A stretch of 64,000 nucleotides of DNA from an uncultured Gemmatimonadales bacterium (GCA_963701965.1 OY969695.1:160001-224000), one strand, 5' to 3'; shown: positions 24,964 to 36,512, counted from the stretch's first letter. Numbers and translations are program-made. Notes: generated from the sequence alone by a model not told the origin.

Positions 24964-25959
24964 TCAGCCGAGGCGCTCGCTCGGTCGCGCGGTAAGGAAC
25001 ATCATCTGCGGCGACGTGATGCCGCGCAGGAACTTGACCGCGCAGTCCTTGTGGATCCGGCTTTCGCCGAGCGTCTGGTGCAGCGCGTCGACCGAGTCGA
25101 TCAGCGCGCCGTCGACGCCGAGCAGGATGTCGCCCTGGCGCAATCCGGCGAGCGCGGCCGGGCTCTGCGGATCGATCGAGACGACGCGCACGCCGTGCGT
25201 CTGCTCGAGCCCGTGATGGACGACGACGCGGCGATCGAGCGCGACCGACTGGCCGCCGAGGCCGAGGTAGCCGCGCCGGACGCGGCCGTGGCGCAGCAGC
25301 TGCGGGATCACCCAGGCGGCGGTGTCGACCGCGACCGCGAAGCAGATCGACTGCGCGCCGCGGATGATCGCGGTGTTGACGCCGACGACCTCGCCGCGCG
25401 AATTGAGCAGCGGGCCGCCCGAGTTGCCGGGGTTGAGCGCGGCGTCGGTCTGGATCACGTCGGGGATGAGCCGGCCGGTGCTGGCGCGCATGCTGCGCCC
25501 GAGGGCGCTGACGATTCCCGCGGTCACGGTGTGCTCGAAGCCGAGCGGGTTGCCGATGGCGATCGCGATCTCGCCGCGCTTGAGCAAAGCCGAGCGACCG
25601 AGCAGCGCCGGCGCGAGGCTAAGGCGCGAGGCGTTGCCGATGCGCAGGAGCGCGAGGTCGGTGTCGGGGTCGTCGCCGACCCATTCGGCGGCCGACTCGG
25701 TGCCGTCGCCGAGCGCCACCGCGTAGCGCAGCGCCGGCCGCGTCGACGTCGGCGGCCGGCCGGCGCGAACCACGTGCGAGTTGGTGAGCAGGTAGCCGTC
25801 GGAGGTGAAGACGAAGCCCGAGCCGCTGCCGCCCTCGCCCTCGCTGACGTCGCCGCTGCCGCCGATCCGGACCGCGGCGACGCTCGGGCCGACGCGCTCG
25901 ACGATCGCGCTCACGGTCTGCGAGTACGCGTCGAGCAGAAACGAATCGGTCGCGCCCAT
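24964..25959 (-). CDS. HtrA/S1C trypsin-like serine protease with PDZ domain, no signal peptide
   Basis: GSGSGF, LTNSHVV, DLALL, QTDAALNPGNSGGPL. Confidence 0.9.
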   Translation of the reverse strand: MGATDSFLLDAYSQTVSAIVERVGPSVAAVRIGGSGDVSEGEGGSGSGFVFTSDGYLLTNSHVVRAGRPPTSTRPALRYAVALGDGTESAAEWVGDDPDTDLALLRIGNASRLSLAPALLGRSALLKRGEIAIAIGNPLGFEHTVTAGIVSALGRSMRASTGRLIPDVIQTDAALNPGNSGGPLLNSRGEVVGVNTAIIRGAQSICFAVAVDTAAWVIPQLLRHGRVRRGYLGLGGQSVALDRRVVVHHGLEQTHGVRVVSIDPQSPAALAGLRQGDILLGVDGALIDSVDALHQTLGESRIHKDCAVKFLRGITSPQMMFLTARPSERLG

Positions 25960-26064
25960 GGGATCTCCTGAGCACGCAGCTAAGGTCGCGCCAGGCCCGG
26001 CACAAGGCCGTGTGCCGGGCGACCCGGCCGATCGGCCAGGGAAGGGTGTCGGCCGCCGACGGCC

Positions 26065-26500
26065 TCAGCGCACGACGAGCACCGGCAGCGTCGTGTGCTT
26101 GAGCACGTCCTGGGTCTCGCTGCCGAGGAAGAGCGAGGCCAGGCCGCTCCGGCCGTGCGAGCCCATGACGAGCAGGTCGCAGCGCTGCTCGGCGGCGTGC
26201 GCGACGATCGCCTCCCACGGCTGCAGGCCCTCGATCGTCTGCGCGTGGCAGACGATGCCGGCAGCATCGCAGGCGGCGATCACGTGCGCCGACGTTCTTC
26301 GCCGCGGTGCGCTCCTGGGCATCGAAGAACTCCTGCGGCGGCGTCGGCTGCATCTCGGCGACCGCGCCGTAGGGGAACGGCTCCTTGACGCAGAGCGTGA
26401 AGATCTCGGCGCCGACCGCCTTGGCCAGGCCGAGCGCGGTGGCGACGGCGTGGCCGGTGATCTCGGAGCCGTCGGTCGGAACGAGGATTCGCTTGAACAT
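26065..26500 (-). CDS. Universal stress protein (frameshifted)
   Basis: MFKRILVPTDGS; DLLVMGSHGRSG...LGSET. Confidence 0.88.
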
Positions 26501-26571
26501 CGGGACACCTCCGCGGGTCGGCGCGATCTTCGCATCCGCGCCGCCTGCGCGGCAACCGGAATGTCGCGGAC

Positions 26572-27428
26572 TCAGCCGCGGGCGATCGGCCGATCCGGGT
26601 CGGCGGACCACTCGCTCCACGAGCCGGGGTAGAGCAGCGAGCCGTGCAGGCCGGCGTGCTCCATCGCCAGCAGGTTGTGGCACGCGGTGACGCCCGAGCC
26701 GCACGAGTGGATCACCTGGTCCGGCGTGCGGTCGCCGAGGGCGGCGACGAACTCGGCGCGCAGCTCGGCCGGCGACTTGAACGAGCCGCCGGCGTCGAGG
26801 TTGGCCTTGTGAAAGCGATTGAGCGCGCCTGGGATGTGCCCGGCGACCGCATCGATCGGCTCGACCTCGCCGCGAAAGCGCTCGCCGGCCCTCGCGTCGA
26901 GCAGCGCCTGGCGCGCGCGGCTCGGGTTGCGACGCCGACCGCGTCGACGGTCTGCGCGAGCGAGGGCCGCTCGGGATACGCCGGCCCGTTCGGCTGCGGC
27001 GTCGGCTCGTTCGTCAGCGCGCCGCCGGCGCTTTGCCACGCCTGCACGCCGCCGTCGAGGACGGCGACGTCGCCGTGGCCGAGCCAGCGCAGCATCCACC
27101 ACAGGCGCGCCGCGTAGACGCCGCCGTGCGCGTCGACGGCGACGACCTGGGTGCCGGGCGCGACGCCGAGCGCGCCGATCGTGCGCGCGAAGTCGGCGCG
27201 CGCCGGCAGCGGATGGCGGCCGTTGCGGCCGGTCTTGGCGCCGCTCAGGTCGCGGTCGAGGTGCAGGTAGTGGGCGCCGGGGAGATGCGCGTCGCGGTAG
27301 CGGCGCTCGCCGGCGGTGGTGTCGGCGAGGTCGAAGCCGACGTCGATCACGACCGGCGCGGCGGCGGTCGGCCTGCAGGGCCGCGAGCTCGGCGCCGTGA
27401 TCAGGGTCGTGTGCGCGGTCGGATTCAT
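26572..27428 (-). CDS. sseA: Two-domain rhodanese / 3-mercaptopyruvate sulfurtransferase (frameshifted)
   Basis: HLPGA, GRHPLP, ARLWWML, LDGG, CGSGVTAC, LYPGSWSEW. Confidence 0.85.
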
Positions 27429-27450
27429 CGCGGTCGGGCCTCGGCAACGC

Positions 27451-28576
27451 TCAGCGCATCGCCTTCTGGTACCACTCGTGGAACTGCTGCATGCCGTCTT
27501 CCATCGGGCTCTGGTACGGCCCGAAGTCGTCGTCGCCGCGTTCCATCAGGGCGCGTCGGCCGGCGTCCATGCGCAGCGCGATCTCGTCGTCTTCGGCGCA
27601 GGTTTCCCAGTACGCGGCCTGCTCGGCCTCGACGAACTCGCGCTCGAAGGCGTGGATGTCCTCGGGGTAGTAGAACTCGACCACGTTGAGCGTCTTCTGC
27701 GGCCCTTTGGGCACCAGCGTCGAGACCACCAGGACGTGCGGATACCACTCGACCATCGTCGCCGGGTAGTAGGTGAGCCAGATCGCGCCGTGGCGCGGCA
27801 CCGGGTCGGCGAAGCGACCTTCGCGGTAGGCGAGGACGGCGTCGTGCCACTTGCGGTACGCGGGCGACCCCGGCTTGGCGAGCTCGTTCTTCGGGCCGAC
27901 GGTCTGCACCGAGTGGTGCGGGCCGAACTCCCAGCGCAGGTCCTCGCAGGTGACGAACTGGCCGAGGCCGGGGTGGAACGGCGCGACGTGGTAGTCCTCG
28001 AGGTAGACCTCGATGAAGGTCTTCCAGTTGTAGTCGCACTCGTGCAGCTTGACGCTGTCGAAGACGTAGCCGGTGAAGTCGAGGTCGGCGCCCGGGCCGA
28101 TCCGCGCCAGCTCGGCGGCGACGTCCCGGCCGCCGCGCGCTGGCGCCGTCGAACAGCATGCCGTTCCAGGTCTGCAGCGGGTAGTTGGCGAGGTCGCGGC
28201 ACGGGTCGTCGGCGAAGTGCGGCGCACCGACGAGCTGGCCGCCCAGGTCGTAGGTCCAGCGGTGCAGCGGGCAGACGATCTGGCTGCCGGTGTTGCCGCG
28301 ACCACGCAGCATCACCGCCTGGCGATGGCGGCACACGTTCGAGACCACCTGCAGGCCGGCCGGCGTTCGCAGCAGGGCGCGGCCTTCGCCTTCCTGGGGC
28401 AGCGCGTAGTAGTCGCCGAGCTCAGGGACGGCGAGCTCGTGGCCGAGGTAGCGCGGGCCGCCTTTGAACAGCGTCGCCTGCTCGCGGGCGAAGAGGGTCG
28501 AATCGAAGTAGCTGCGAACCGGCAGCTGCGACAGCGCAGGCGCGAGCGCCTCGCGGGTAACTCGCAGGTCGGACAT
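27451..28576 (-). CDS. Rieske non-heme iron oxygenase alpha subunit (candidate putrescine 2-hydroxylase; frameshift near 28140)
   Basis: CRH...CPLH Rieske ligands; [13 protein letters not shown] mononuclear iron motif. Confidence 0.85.
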
Positions 28577-28804
28577 GGCTCGGGAAATCCTCCAAAGGGG
28601 GCGTCGGCCAGCGTGCGGGAATGGCTGGCGAGTGGCTCGCCCGCCGCGTCGATCGAAGGGTCGCGGATTGTACCCAGCAGGCCTCGGCAAACCGCCGGCC
28701 CGGTCCGCGCTGGCAAGGGCGGCGCCGGGCGGCGCTTCCGGGCTGCCAGCGCGCGAGAGATGGAGCTCGATCGGCTGACTACAATCAGCTCTTTTCAGCG
28801 TTCA

Positions 28805-29047
28805 ATGACGACCGACCCGAGTTCCGGCCAGCCAGCCTCAGCGCCCGCGAGCTACGAAGTGGCCCTGAGCGAGCTCGAAGCCTTGGTCGCTTCGATGGAA
28901 GCGGGGCAACTCCCGCTCGAAGGCCTGCTCGCGAGCTATCGCCGCGGCACCGAGCTGCTCCAGTACTGCCGCTCGCGGCTCGAGGCGGTCGAGCAGCAGG
29001 TCAAGGTGCTCGAAGGCGGCCAGCTGAAGGCCTGGCCGCAGACATGA
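28805..29047 (+). CDS. xseB: Exodeoxyribonuclease VII small subunit
   Basis: [24 protein letters not shown]...YRRG; precedes ispA-dxs. Confidence 0.9.
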   Translation: MTTDPSSGQPASAPASYEVALSELEALVASMEAGQLPLEGLLASYRRGTELLQYCRSRLEAVEQQVKVLEGGQLKAWPQT

Positions 29048-29934
29048 AACGCGACGCTTTCGATACCTGGGCCTTGGCCGAGCTCGATCGGGTCGAGTCG
29101 GCGCTCGACGCCTGCGTTCCCGCCGACGCGCCGGCCGGCCTCGGCGACGCGATGCGCTACGCCGTTCTCGACGGCGGCAAGCGCCTGCGGCCGCTGCTCG
29201 TCCTCGCCGCCGCCGACGCGGTCCATGGCGACCACGGCGCGGCGCTCCGTGCCGCCTGCGCGGTCGAGCTGATCCACGCCTATTCGCTCGTCCACGACGA
29301 CCTGCCGTGCATGGACGACGACGTCCTCAGGCGCGGCAAGCCGACCGTCCACGTCCGCTTCGGCGTCGCCCAGGCGATGCTCGCGGGCGACGCGATGCAG
29401 GCGCTCGCGTTCGAGGTCCTGACGCCCGACGACGGCAGCGTCGCCCCGGCCCTGCAGGCACGCCTGTGCGGCCTGCTGGCGCGCGCCGCCGGCGGTGCCG
29501 GCATGGCCGGCGGCCAGGCGATCGACCTGGCGAGCGTCGGCCAGCCGCTCGACGAGCGCGCCCTGTCCGACATGCATCGGCGCAAGACCGGCGCCTTGCT
29601 GCGTGCCAGCGTCCTCATGGGCGCGGCGTGCGGCCGCACCAGCGAGCGCGAGTGGAGCGCGCTGGCCGAATACGGCGCCGCGATCGGCCTCGCGTTCCAG
29701 GTCGTCGACGACATCCTCGACGTCACCCAGGCCTCGGCCACGCTCGGCAAGACGGCCGGCAAGGATCTAGACAACAACAAGCCGACCTACGTCACCGTCC
29801 TCGGCCTCGCCGCCGCGCGCGCCCATGCCGAGGAGCTGCGGCGCGCCGCGCATGCGGCGCTCGACGGCAGCAGCATGGCCGACAGCGACCAGCTGCGCGA
29901 GCTCGCCGACCGTGTCGTCGAGCGCGACTCCTGA
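29044..29934 (+). CDS. ispA: Farnesyl diphosphate synthase
   Basis: [31 protein letters not shown]. Confidence 0.93.
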   Translation: MKRDAFDTWALAELDRVESALDACVPADAPAGLGDAMRYAVLDGGKRLRPLLVLAAADAVHGDHGAALRAACAVELIHAYSLVHDDLPCMDDDVLRRGKPTVHVRFGVAQAMLAGDAMQALAFEVLTPDDGSVAPALQARLCGLLARAAGGAGMAGGQAIDLASVGQPLDERALSDMHRRKTGALLRASVLMGAACGRTSEREWSALAEYGAAIGLAFQVVDDILDVTQASATLGKTAGKDLDNNKPTYVTVLGLAAARAHAEELRRAAHAALDGSSMADSDQLRELADRVVERDS

Positions 29935-29946
29935 ACAAGCAACAAC

Positions 29947-31855
29947 ATGACCAAGCTGCTCGACAAGATCGATGTCCCCGCCGACGTGCGCCGCCTGTCG
30001 CGCAGCGAATTGCCGCAGCTCGCCAAGGAGCTGCGCGAGTTCGTGGTCCAGATGGTGTCGCAGACCGGCGGCCACTTCTCGTCGAACCTCGGCACGGTCG
30101 AGCTGACGATCGCGCTGCACTACGTCTTCGACACGCCGCACGACCGGCTGGTCTGGGACGTCGGCCACCAGACCTATCCGCACAAGATGATCACCGGCCG
30201 CAAGGACCGGATGGCCACCTTGCGCCAGCTCGGCGGCATCTCCGGCTTTCCGCGCCGCGACGAGAGCGAGTACGACACCTTCGGCACGGCGCACTCGTCG
30301 ACCTCGATCTCGGCCGCGCTCGGCATGGCGGTGGCGGCGAAGATGAAGGGCGAGAGCCGAAAGTGCGTCGCCATCATCGGCGACGGCGCGATGAGCGCCG
30401 GCATGGCGTTCGAGGCGCTCAACAACGCCGGCGTCTCGCTCGCCGACATGCTGGTCGTCCTCAACGACAACGACATGTCGATCTCGCCGCCGGTCGGCGC
30501 GCTGAACCGCTACCTGGCGCGCCTCATGAGCGGCAAGTTCTACGCCGCCGCGCGCGACACCGCCAAGACGGTGCTCAAGAACGCGCCGCCGCTGCTCGAG
30601 CTCGCCCGCCGCTTCGAGGAGCACGCCAAGGGCATGGTCGTTCCGGGAACGATCTTCGAGGAGTTCGGCTTCAACTACGTCGGCCCGATCGACGGCCACG
30701 ACCTCGACTCGCTGATCCCGACGCTCGAGAACCTGCGCGACCTGAAGGGCCCGCAGTTCCTGCACGTCGTCACCAAGAAGGGCTACGGCTACAAGCTGGC
30801 CGAGGCCGATCCGGTCGGCTACCACGCCGCCTCCGGCAAGTTCGATCCGGCGGTCGGCTTCGTCAAGCCGAGCGCGCCGGCGAAGACCACCTTCACGCAG
30901 GTGTTCGGCCAGTGGCTGTGCGACATGGCGGCCAAGGACGAGCGCCTGGTCGCGATCACGCCGGCGATGCGCGAGGGCTCGGGCATGGTCGAGTTCGAGA
31001 AGCGCTTCCCGAAGCGCTTCTTCGACGTCGGCATCGCCGAGCAGCACGCCGTCACCTTCGCCGCCGGCCTCGCCTGCGAGGGCCTGAAGCCGGTGGTCGC
31101 GATCTACTCGACCTTCCTGCAGCGCGCCTACGACCAGCTGATCCACGACGTCGCGATCCAGAACCTGCCGGTCGTGTTCGCGCTCGACCGCGGCGGCCTG
31201 GTCGGCGCCGACGGCGCGACCCACGCCGGCTCGTTCGACATCGCCTACCTGCGCTGCATCCCGAACGTCAGCGTGCTGACGCCGGCCGACGAGAACGAAT
31301 GCCGCCAGGCGCTGTACACCGCGTTCCTGCAGGACCACCCGGTCGCCGTGCGCTACCCGCGCGGCAGCCGGCGCCGGCGTCGCCCAGCAGGCCGAGATGA
31401 CGGCGATCCCGTTCGGCAGCGGCGAGATCCGGCGCGAGAGCAGGCGCACCGCGGCGCAGCCGGGCAGGCGCATCGCGATCCTGGCCTTCGGCACGCTCCT
31501 CTATCCGGCGCTCGCCGCGGCCGAGCGGCTCGACGCGACGGTCGCCAACATGCGCTTCGCCAAGCCGCTCGATGTCGCGCTGGTGACTGATCTGGCGCGC
31601 CGCCATGATGCAATCGTCACCGTGGAAGAAGGGACGATCCTGGGCGGCGCCGGCAGCGCGGTGCTCGAGGCGCTGGCCGAGGCGCGCATCGAGATCCCGG
31701 TGCTCACGCTCGGCCTGCCCGACGCGTTCATCGAGCACGGCGACCCGGCCAAGCTGCTGGCGCAGTGCGGCCTCGACGCCGCCGGCATCGAGCAGTCGAT
31801 CCAGCGCCGCTTCGGCGCGCCGCCGGCGCTGCTGCGCACCGCCGTCGGGCAATAG
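29947..31855 (+). CDS. dxs: 1-deoxy-D-xylulose-5-phosphate synthase (frameshift near 31365)
   Basis: [36 protein letters not shown]. Confidence 0.96.
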
Positions 31856-31955
31856 CGCCGGTCGTCGCGACAAGGCCGGTGGCCGCACGCGCGCGCCGGC
31901 ATCGGTTTGCTGGCATGCTTGCGGCGCTTTCCGGGAAGAGCAAGACGAACCACCA

Positions 31956-32748
31956 ATGACCAACCTGATCGACGCCCTCCACATCCCCGACACGCAATCG
32001 GCGCGCGACGATCGCCAGCTCGCGATCCAGCGCGTCGGCATTCGCGCCGTGCGCTATCCGCTGCAGCTGCGGATCGAAGGCGCAGTCGTGCCGACGGTCG
32101 CCGAGTGGGCGCTCGACGTCGCCCTGCCGGCCGAGCAGAAGGGCACGCACATGTCGCGCTTCGTCGCCTGGCTCGACGCCATCGACGCGCCGCTCGACAT
32201 CGCGACGCTGCGCGCGCGAGGCGGCGCGGATGCTGGCCCTGCTCGGCGCCGACGCCGGCCGCATCGAGGCCTCGTTCCCGTTCTTCCTGAGGAAGCGTGC
32301 GCCGGTCTCCGGCGTCGAGAGCCTGCTCGAGTACCAGGGCCGGCTGATCGCCGAGGCGAAGTGCCGGTGCGACGCACGGTCTGGCTCGAGGTCGTGGTTC
32401 CGGTCAAGTCGCTCTGCCCGTGCTCGAAGGAGATCTCCGACTACGGCGCGCACAACCAGCGCTCGCACGTGACGATCCGGGTCGAGGCGCTGGCCGAGCT
32501 GTCGTGGCGCGAGCTGGTGCGCTTCGCCGAAGACTCGGCGTCGGCCGAGATCTGGTCGTCGCTCAAGCGCGCCGACGAGAAATGGATCACCGAGCGCGCC
32601 TACGAGAATCCCGAAGTTCGTCGAGGACATGGTGCGCGACGTCGCGCTGCTGCTCAACGCCGATGCGCGGATCGGCCGTTACTGCGTCGACGTCGAGAAC
32701 TTCGAGTCGATTCACGCCCACAGCGCGGTCGCCCGCATCGAGCGCTGA
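31956..32748 (+). CDS. folE2: GTP cyclohydrolase FolE2 (frameshifted)
   Basis: [38 protein letters not shown]. Confidence 0.9.
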
Positions 32749-32928
32749 GCGCCGTTCGCCGCGGCGACGGCCGCTTGCCGAGGCGCAGGCCGAGGCGGAT
32801 CAGGCCACCCACAATCCGGGCGCGAAAAGGGGCGCGCGCCACCGAAGTGCGGCTCGAGCCGATCGGCGGGCCGGCCGGTCGCGCTCTGGCTGTCCTGGCG
32901 CCGGTACGAAAGAAAGAAGTCGGCGATC

Positions 32929-33132
32929 TCAGCGCTTGGTGCGCGTGGCCGTGGTCGTCGCCCGGCGTGCGCGCAGCGCGGCGCCGCCGTTGCGCGCGGC
33001 GATCGCGTCGCGCAGCAGGTACTCGACCTGCGCGTTGACGCTGCGCAGCTCGGCGGCGGCGAGACGCTCGATCTCGGTCCAGAGCGCCGGATCGACGCGC
33101 AGCAGGAACGACTTCTTGTCGGGGCTCGCCAT
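32929..33132 (-). CDS. Arc/ribbon-helix-helix DNA-binding protein
   Basis: KKSFLLRVDPALW...AAAELRSVNAQVEYLL pattern; directly downstream of the SPFH gene. Confidence 0.8.
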   Translation of the reverse strand: MASPDKKSFLLRVDPALWTEIERLAAAELRSVNAQVEYLLRDAIAARNGGAALRARRATTTATRTKR

Positions 33133-33154
33133 GCCGGCCGTTCGCTGCCCGGTC

Positions 33155-34051
33155 TCAGGCGTACAAGGTGCCCGTGTTGATCACCGGCGTCGCGTCGTGA
33201 TCGGAGCAGAGGACGACGAGCAGGTTGCTCACCATCGCCGCGCGCCGCTCGTCGTCGAGCTGCATCAGGCCGCGCTCGGCCAGCCCGTTCAGCGCCAGCT
33301 CGACCATGCCGACCGCGCCCTGGACGATCTTGGTCCGCGCCGCGATCACCGCCTCGGCCTGCTGCCGGCGCAGCATCGTCCCGGCGATCTCGGGCGCGTA
33401 GGCGAGGTGGGTGAGCTTGGCGTCGACGACGACCAGCCCGGCCTGGTCGAAGCGCTGCTGAAGCTCGCTCCGCAGCGCCTGCGAGACCTCCTCGGTGCCC
33501 GAGCGCAGCGTCACCTCGGTCTTGGCCGTCGCCGTCGCCGTCGACTCATCTAGGTTGTCGTAGGCGTAACTGAGCGCCAGATGGCGCAGCGCCGACTCGG
33601 CCTGGGTCAGCACATAGGCCTCGTAGTTCTCGACGTCGAAGGTGGCGCGCGCGGTGTCGTCGACGCGCCAGACAACGGTGGCGGCGATCTCGATCGGGTT
33701 GCCACGCAGGTCGTTGACCTTGAGCTTCTCGCTGTTGAAGTTGTGCGCCCGGACCGAGATCTTGTCCTTGGCGTAGAACGGATTGGCCCAGCGCAGACCG
33801 CTCTGGCGATCGGTGCCGCGGTAGCTGCCGAAGAAGAGCAGCAGCGCCGCCTGGTTCGGCTGCAGCATGTAGAGACCGCCCAGGCACCAGATCGCGACCA
33901 GCACGGCGGCGATGAACGCGACCAGGGTCGCGCCCATCGGCCGGTTGGCCAGGATCGCCCCGGCGCCGAGCAGGACGATGATGCCGACGGTGATGTAGAC
34001 GAAGCCGCTGCTCGTCGCCGCGGGCCGCTCTTCTGCGGGCTGGATGGCCAT
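33155..34051 (-). CDS. SPFH/band 7 domain membrane protein
   Basis: Two N-terminal TMs, [38 protein letters not shown] before ATG 34051. Confidence 0.88.
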   Translation of the reverse strand: MAIQPAEERPAATSSGFVYITVGIIVLLGAGAILANRPMGATLVAFIAAVLVAIWCLGGLYMLQPNQAALLLFFGSYRGTDRQSGLRWANPFYAKDKISVRAHNFNSEKLKVNDLRGNPIEIAATVVWRVDDTARATFDVENYEAYVLTQAESALRHLALSYAYDNLDESTATATAKTEVTLRSGTEEVSQALRSELQQRFDQAGLVVVDAKLTHLAYAPEIAGTMLRRQQAEAVIAARTKIVQGAVGMVELALNGLAERGLMQLDDERRAAMVSNLLVVLCSDHDATPVINTGTLYA

Positions 34052-34102
34052 GACACGCTCCCTGGTGAAGTTCGCCTCGACATCGGCCGGGTTTCGCCGG
34101 GA

Positions 34103-34121
34103 CGATGTCAAAGTGATATCA
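34103..34121. promoter_or_regulatory. Candidate RHH operator (tandem TGATATCA-like palindromes)
   Basis: CGATGTCA-aag-TGATATCA in an AT-rich patch upstream of the SPFH-RHH operon. Confidence 0.55.
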
Positions 34122-34167
34122 CATTAGTAGCATGCGCCGGCGCTGTCAAGGCCGCCAGTCGCGCTCG

Positions 34168-34809
34168 TCAGGCGCCTTCCTCGAGCGCCAGCCCGAGCAG
34201 CGCCGGGTCGCCGCGACCGAGGCGGACAACGACCGGCGTCTCGCCGCTCAGGTCGATCACGGTCGTCGGCGCCATCGGGCAGGCACCGCCGTCGACGATC
34301 GCCTGCACCGTCTTCTCGAAGCGCTCGCGGATCAGCGCCGGGTCGTTCATCGGCTCGCTCTCGCCCGGCGCGATCAGCGTCGTTGCCAGCAGCGGCTGGC
34401 CCATGAGCGCGAGCAGGGCGCTCGTCACCGGATGGTCGGGAACGCGCAGGCCGACGGTCCGTCGCGATGGATGCGAGACGCGCCGCGGCACTTCCTTGGT
34501 CGCCTCGAGGATGAAGGTGAACGGACCCGGCGTCGCGAGCTTGAGCAGCCGGTACTGCTTGTTGTCGACGCGCGCATAGCTCGCGAGCTCGGAGAGGTCG
34601 CGGCAGAGGAGGGTCAGGTGATGGCGCTCGTCGACGGCGCGGATCCGGCGCAGCTTCTCGGCCGCCGCCTTGTCGTCGAGGTGGCAGGCGAAGGCGTAGC
34701 TCGAGTCGGTCGGGATCGCGGCGATGCCGCCGTCCTCGAGGATCTGCGCCGCCTGCTTGAGGAGCCGCGGCTGCGGGTTGACCGGGTGGACTTCGAAGTA
34801 CTGGGACAT
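34168..34809 (-). CDS. Sua5/YciO/YrdC family protein
   Basis: MSQYFEVHPVNPQPRL, PTDSSYA, TPGPFTFIL, VGLRVPD. Confidence 0.88.
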   Translation of the reverse strand: MSQYFEVHPVNPQPRLLKQAAQILEDGGIAAIPTDSSYAFACHLDDKAAAEKLRRIRAVDERHHLTLLCRDLSELASYARVDNKQYRLLKLATPGPFTFILEATKEVPRRVSHPSRRTVGLRVPDHPVTSALLALMGQPLLATTLIAPGESEPMNDPALIRERFEKTVQAIVDGGACPMAPTTVIDLSGETPVVVRLGRGDPALLGLALEEGA

Positions 34810-34837
34810 GCGCCGATTGTCGGCGGGCGCACGAAAC

Positions 34838-35712
34838 TCAGCCGGGGCTGGTGGATTCGCGACCCGAGCGCGTCCCACACGGGAGTCAGTCCGGCCGGCA
34901 GCGGCGGCAGGCCGCCGAGGTCGATCCGGCTCTCGTCGGGGCTGTGGAAATCGCTGCCGCGCGAGGCGAGCAGGTCGTACTCGCGCGCCGCGTCGGCATA
35001 GCGGACGGCTTCGGCCGCGGTGTGGCTGCCGGTCACGACTTCGACGCCGCGCCCGCCGTGCGCCTTGAATTCGGTGAAGAGCGCGTACTCCTCGTTGGCG
35101 CTGAACTTGTAGCGCGCCGGATGGGCGATCACGGCGACGCCGCCGGCGGCGCCGATCCACGTGACCGCGTTCTTCAGCGTCGCCCAGCGGTGAGGCACGA
35201 AGCCCGGCTTGCCTTCGATCAGGAAACGCCGGAACACCTCCTGGGTATCGGCACAGACGCCACTTTCGACCAGGTGACGCGCGAAGTGGGTGCGCGAGAT
35301 CAGGTCGGGGTTGCCGACGAAGCGCAGCGCCCCTTCGTAGCAGCCGGCGATGCCGACCTTGGCCAGCTCGTCGGCCATCTCCCGGGCGCGCGCCTCGCGG
35401 CCGCCGCGCGTCGCCGCCAGGCCTTGCTTCAGCGCCTCATCGGTGCTGTCGATGCCGAGGCCGACGATGTGCACCGTCGTGTCAGCGAAGGTGACCGAGA
35501 TCTCGACGCCGGTGAGATACGGCAGGCCGGCGGCGTGCGCCGCGGCGCTCGCGCGCTCCTGGCCACCGAGCTCGTCATGATCGGTGAGCGCCCAGAGCTC
35601 GACGCCGTTGGCCTTGGCGCGCGCGGCGAGCGCTTCGGGCTCGAGCGTGCCGTCGGAGACGGACGAATGGCAGTGCAGGTCGGCGTTCCATGCGATGGCG
35701 ATGTCGCTGCAT
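34838..35712 (-). CDS. PHP-domain phosphatase (YciV/TrpH-like; both ends affected by indels)
   Basis: DLHCHSSVSDG, ALTDHD, GVEIS, AHPARY, GSDFH. Confidence 0.85.
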
Positions 35713-35795
35713 CATAGTGGCCTGCTCGTGTGCGCGCGGCCGCCTGACGTCAGCGGTTGCCGGCGCCGTGACGGCGTCCGCGAGAATCCCGGTCG

Positions 35796-36512
35796 ATGCG
35801 TCCCCGTCTTGTCTCCGTCCTGGCCGTCGTCGTCGCGCTGACCGCGCTCCTCGGTTCGTGCGCCGACTACTTCGACGCCCGCGCCGAGGGCGCGCTGCGC
35901 GAGGCGCTGGCTCGCGTCGTCGGTCCCGCGGCGTCGTACGAGGTCAGCGTCTCGGGCGCGAGCGTCGATGCGACGCGTTTCGAGCGCGTCCGCTTCGTCG
36001 GCACGCGGATCGTCCGCGAGCGCGCGCCAGTGCTCGACCGGCTCGAGCTTGAGCTGCGCGGCGTCGCCATCAACCGCCAGGAAAAGCGCCTCACCGCCCT
36101 CGCCGGAGCGAGCGGCGTGCTGCGCATCCGCGCCGACGACCTCGCCGACTATCTGCGCGAGCGTGGCTGGTTCGAAGACGCCCGCGTCGTCGTCGCGCCG
36201 CCCGATCGGATCACGATCAGCGGTGTGCCGAAGATCGGCGGCGCCGTGATCCAGGTGCGCGACGGCGCCGAGCTGCAAGGCCGGCTGGTCGCCCAGGGCG
36301 CACAGCTGCGCCTCGCCGTCGAGGCGGTTCGCATCGGCGAGCTGCAGGGGGCGCCGCTGGTTCGCACGCTGCTCGAGCGTGCCGTCAATCCGCTGCTCGA
36401 CGCCGGCGGCTTTCCGGTCGCGGCGCGCATCGACGCGGTCGCGGTCGAGGGCGACGCCGTCGTCATCACCGCCTCGGGGAGCCGACTCGACAGCGGGCTC
36501 GTCACGCCATAG
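35796..36512 (+). CDS. Putative lipoprotein, DUF2993/LmeA-like
   Basis: Lipobox LGSC; beta-rich body with DDLADYL and VNPLLD resembling DUF2993 proteins. Confidence 0.55.
   Translation: MRPRLVSVLAVVVALTALLGSCADYFDARAEGALREALARVVGPAASYEVSVSGASVDATRFERVRFVGTRIVRERAPVLDRLELELRGVAINRQEKRLTALAGASGVLRIRADDLADYLRERGWFEDARVVVAPPDRITISGVPKIGGAVIQVRDGAELQGRLVAQGAQLRLAVEAVRIGELQGAPLVRTLLERAVNPLLDAGGFPVAARIDAVAVEGDAVVITASGSRLDSGLVTP

Noticed and set aside
31895..31926. Sigma-54 promoter upstream of folE2
   Set aside because: The GG-to-GC spacing is one base short in one register and TTGC is missing in the other.
32820..32895. Glycine riboswitch resemblance (CCACCGAAG...GCTCTGG)
   Set aside because: It lacks the GGAGA and CUCAGG cores and has no downstream sense gene; kept only as a generic sRNA candidate.
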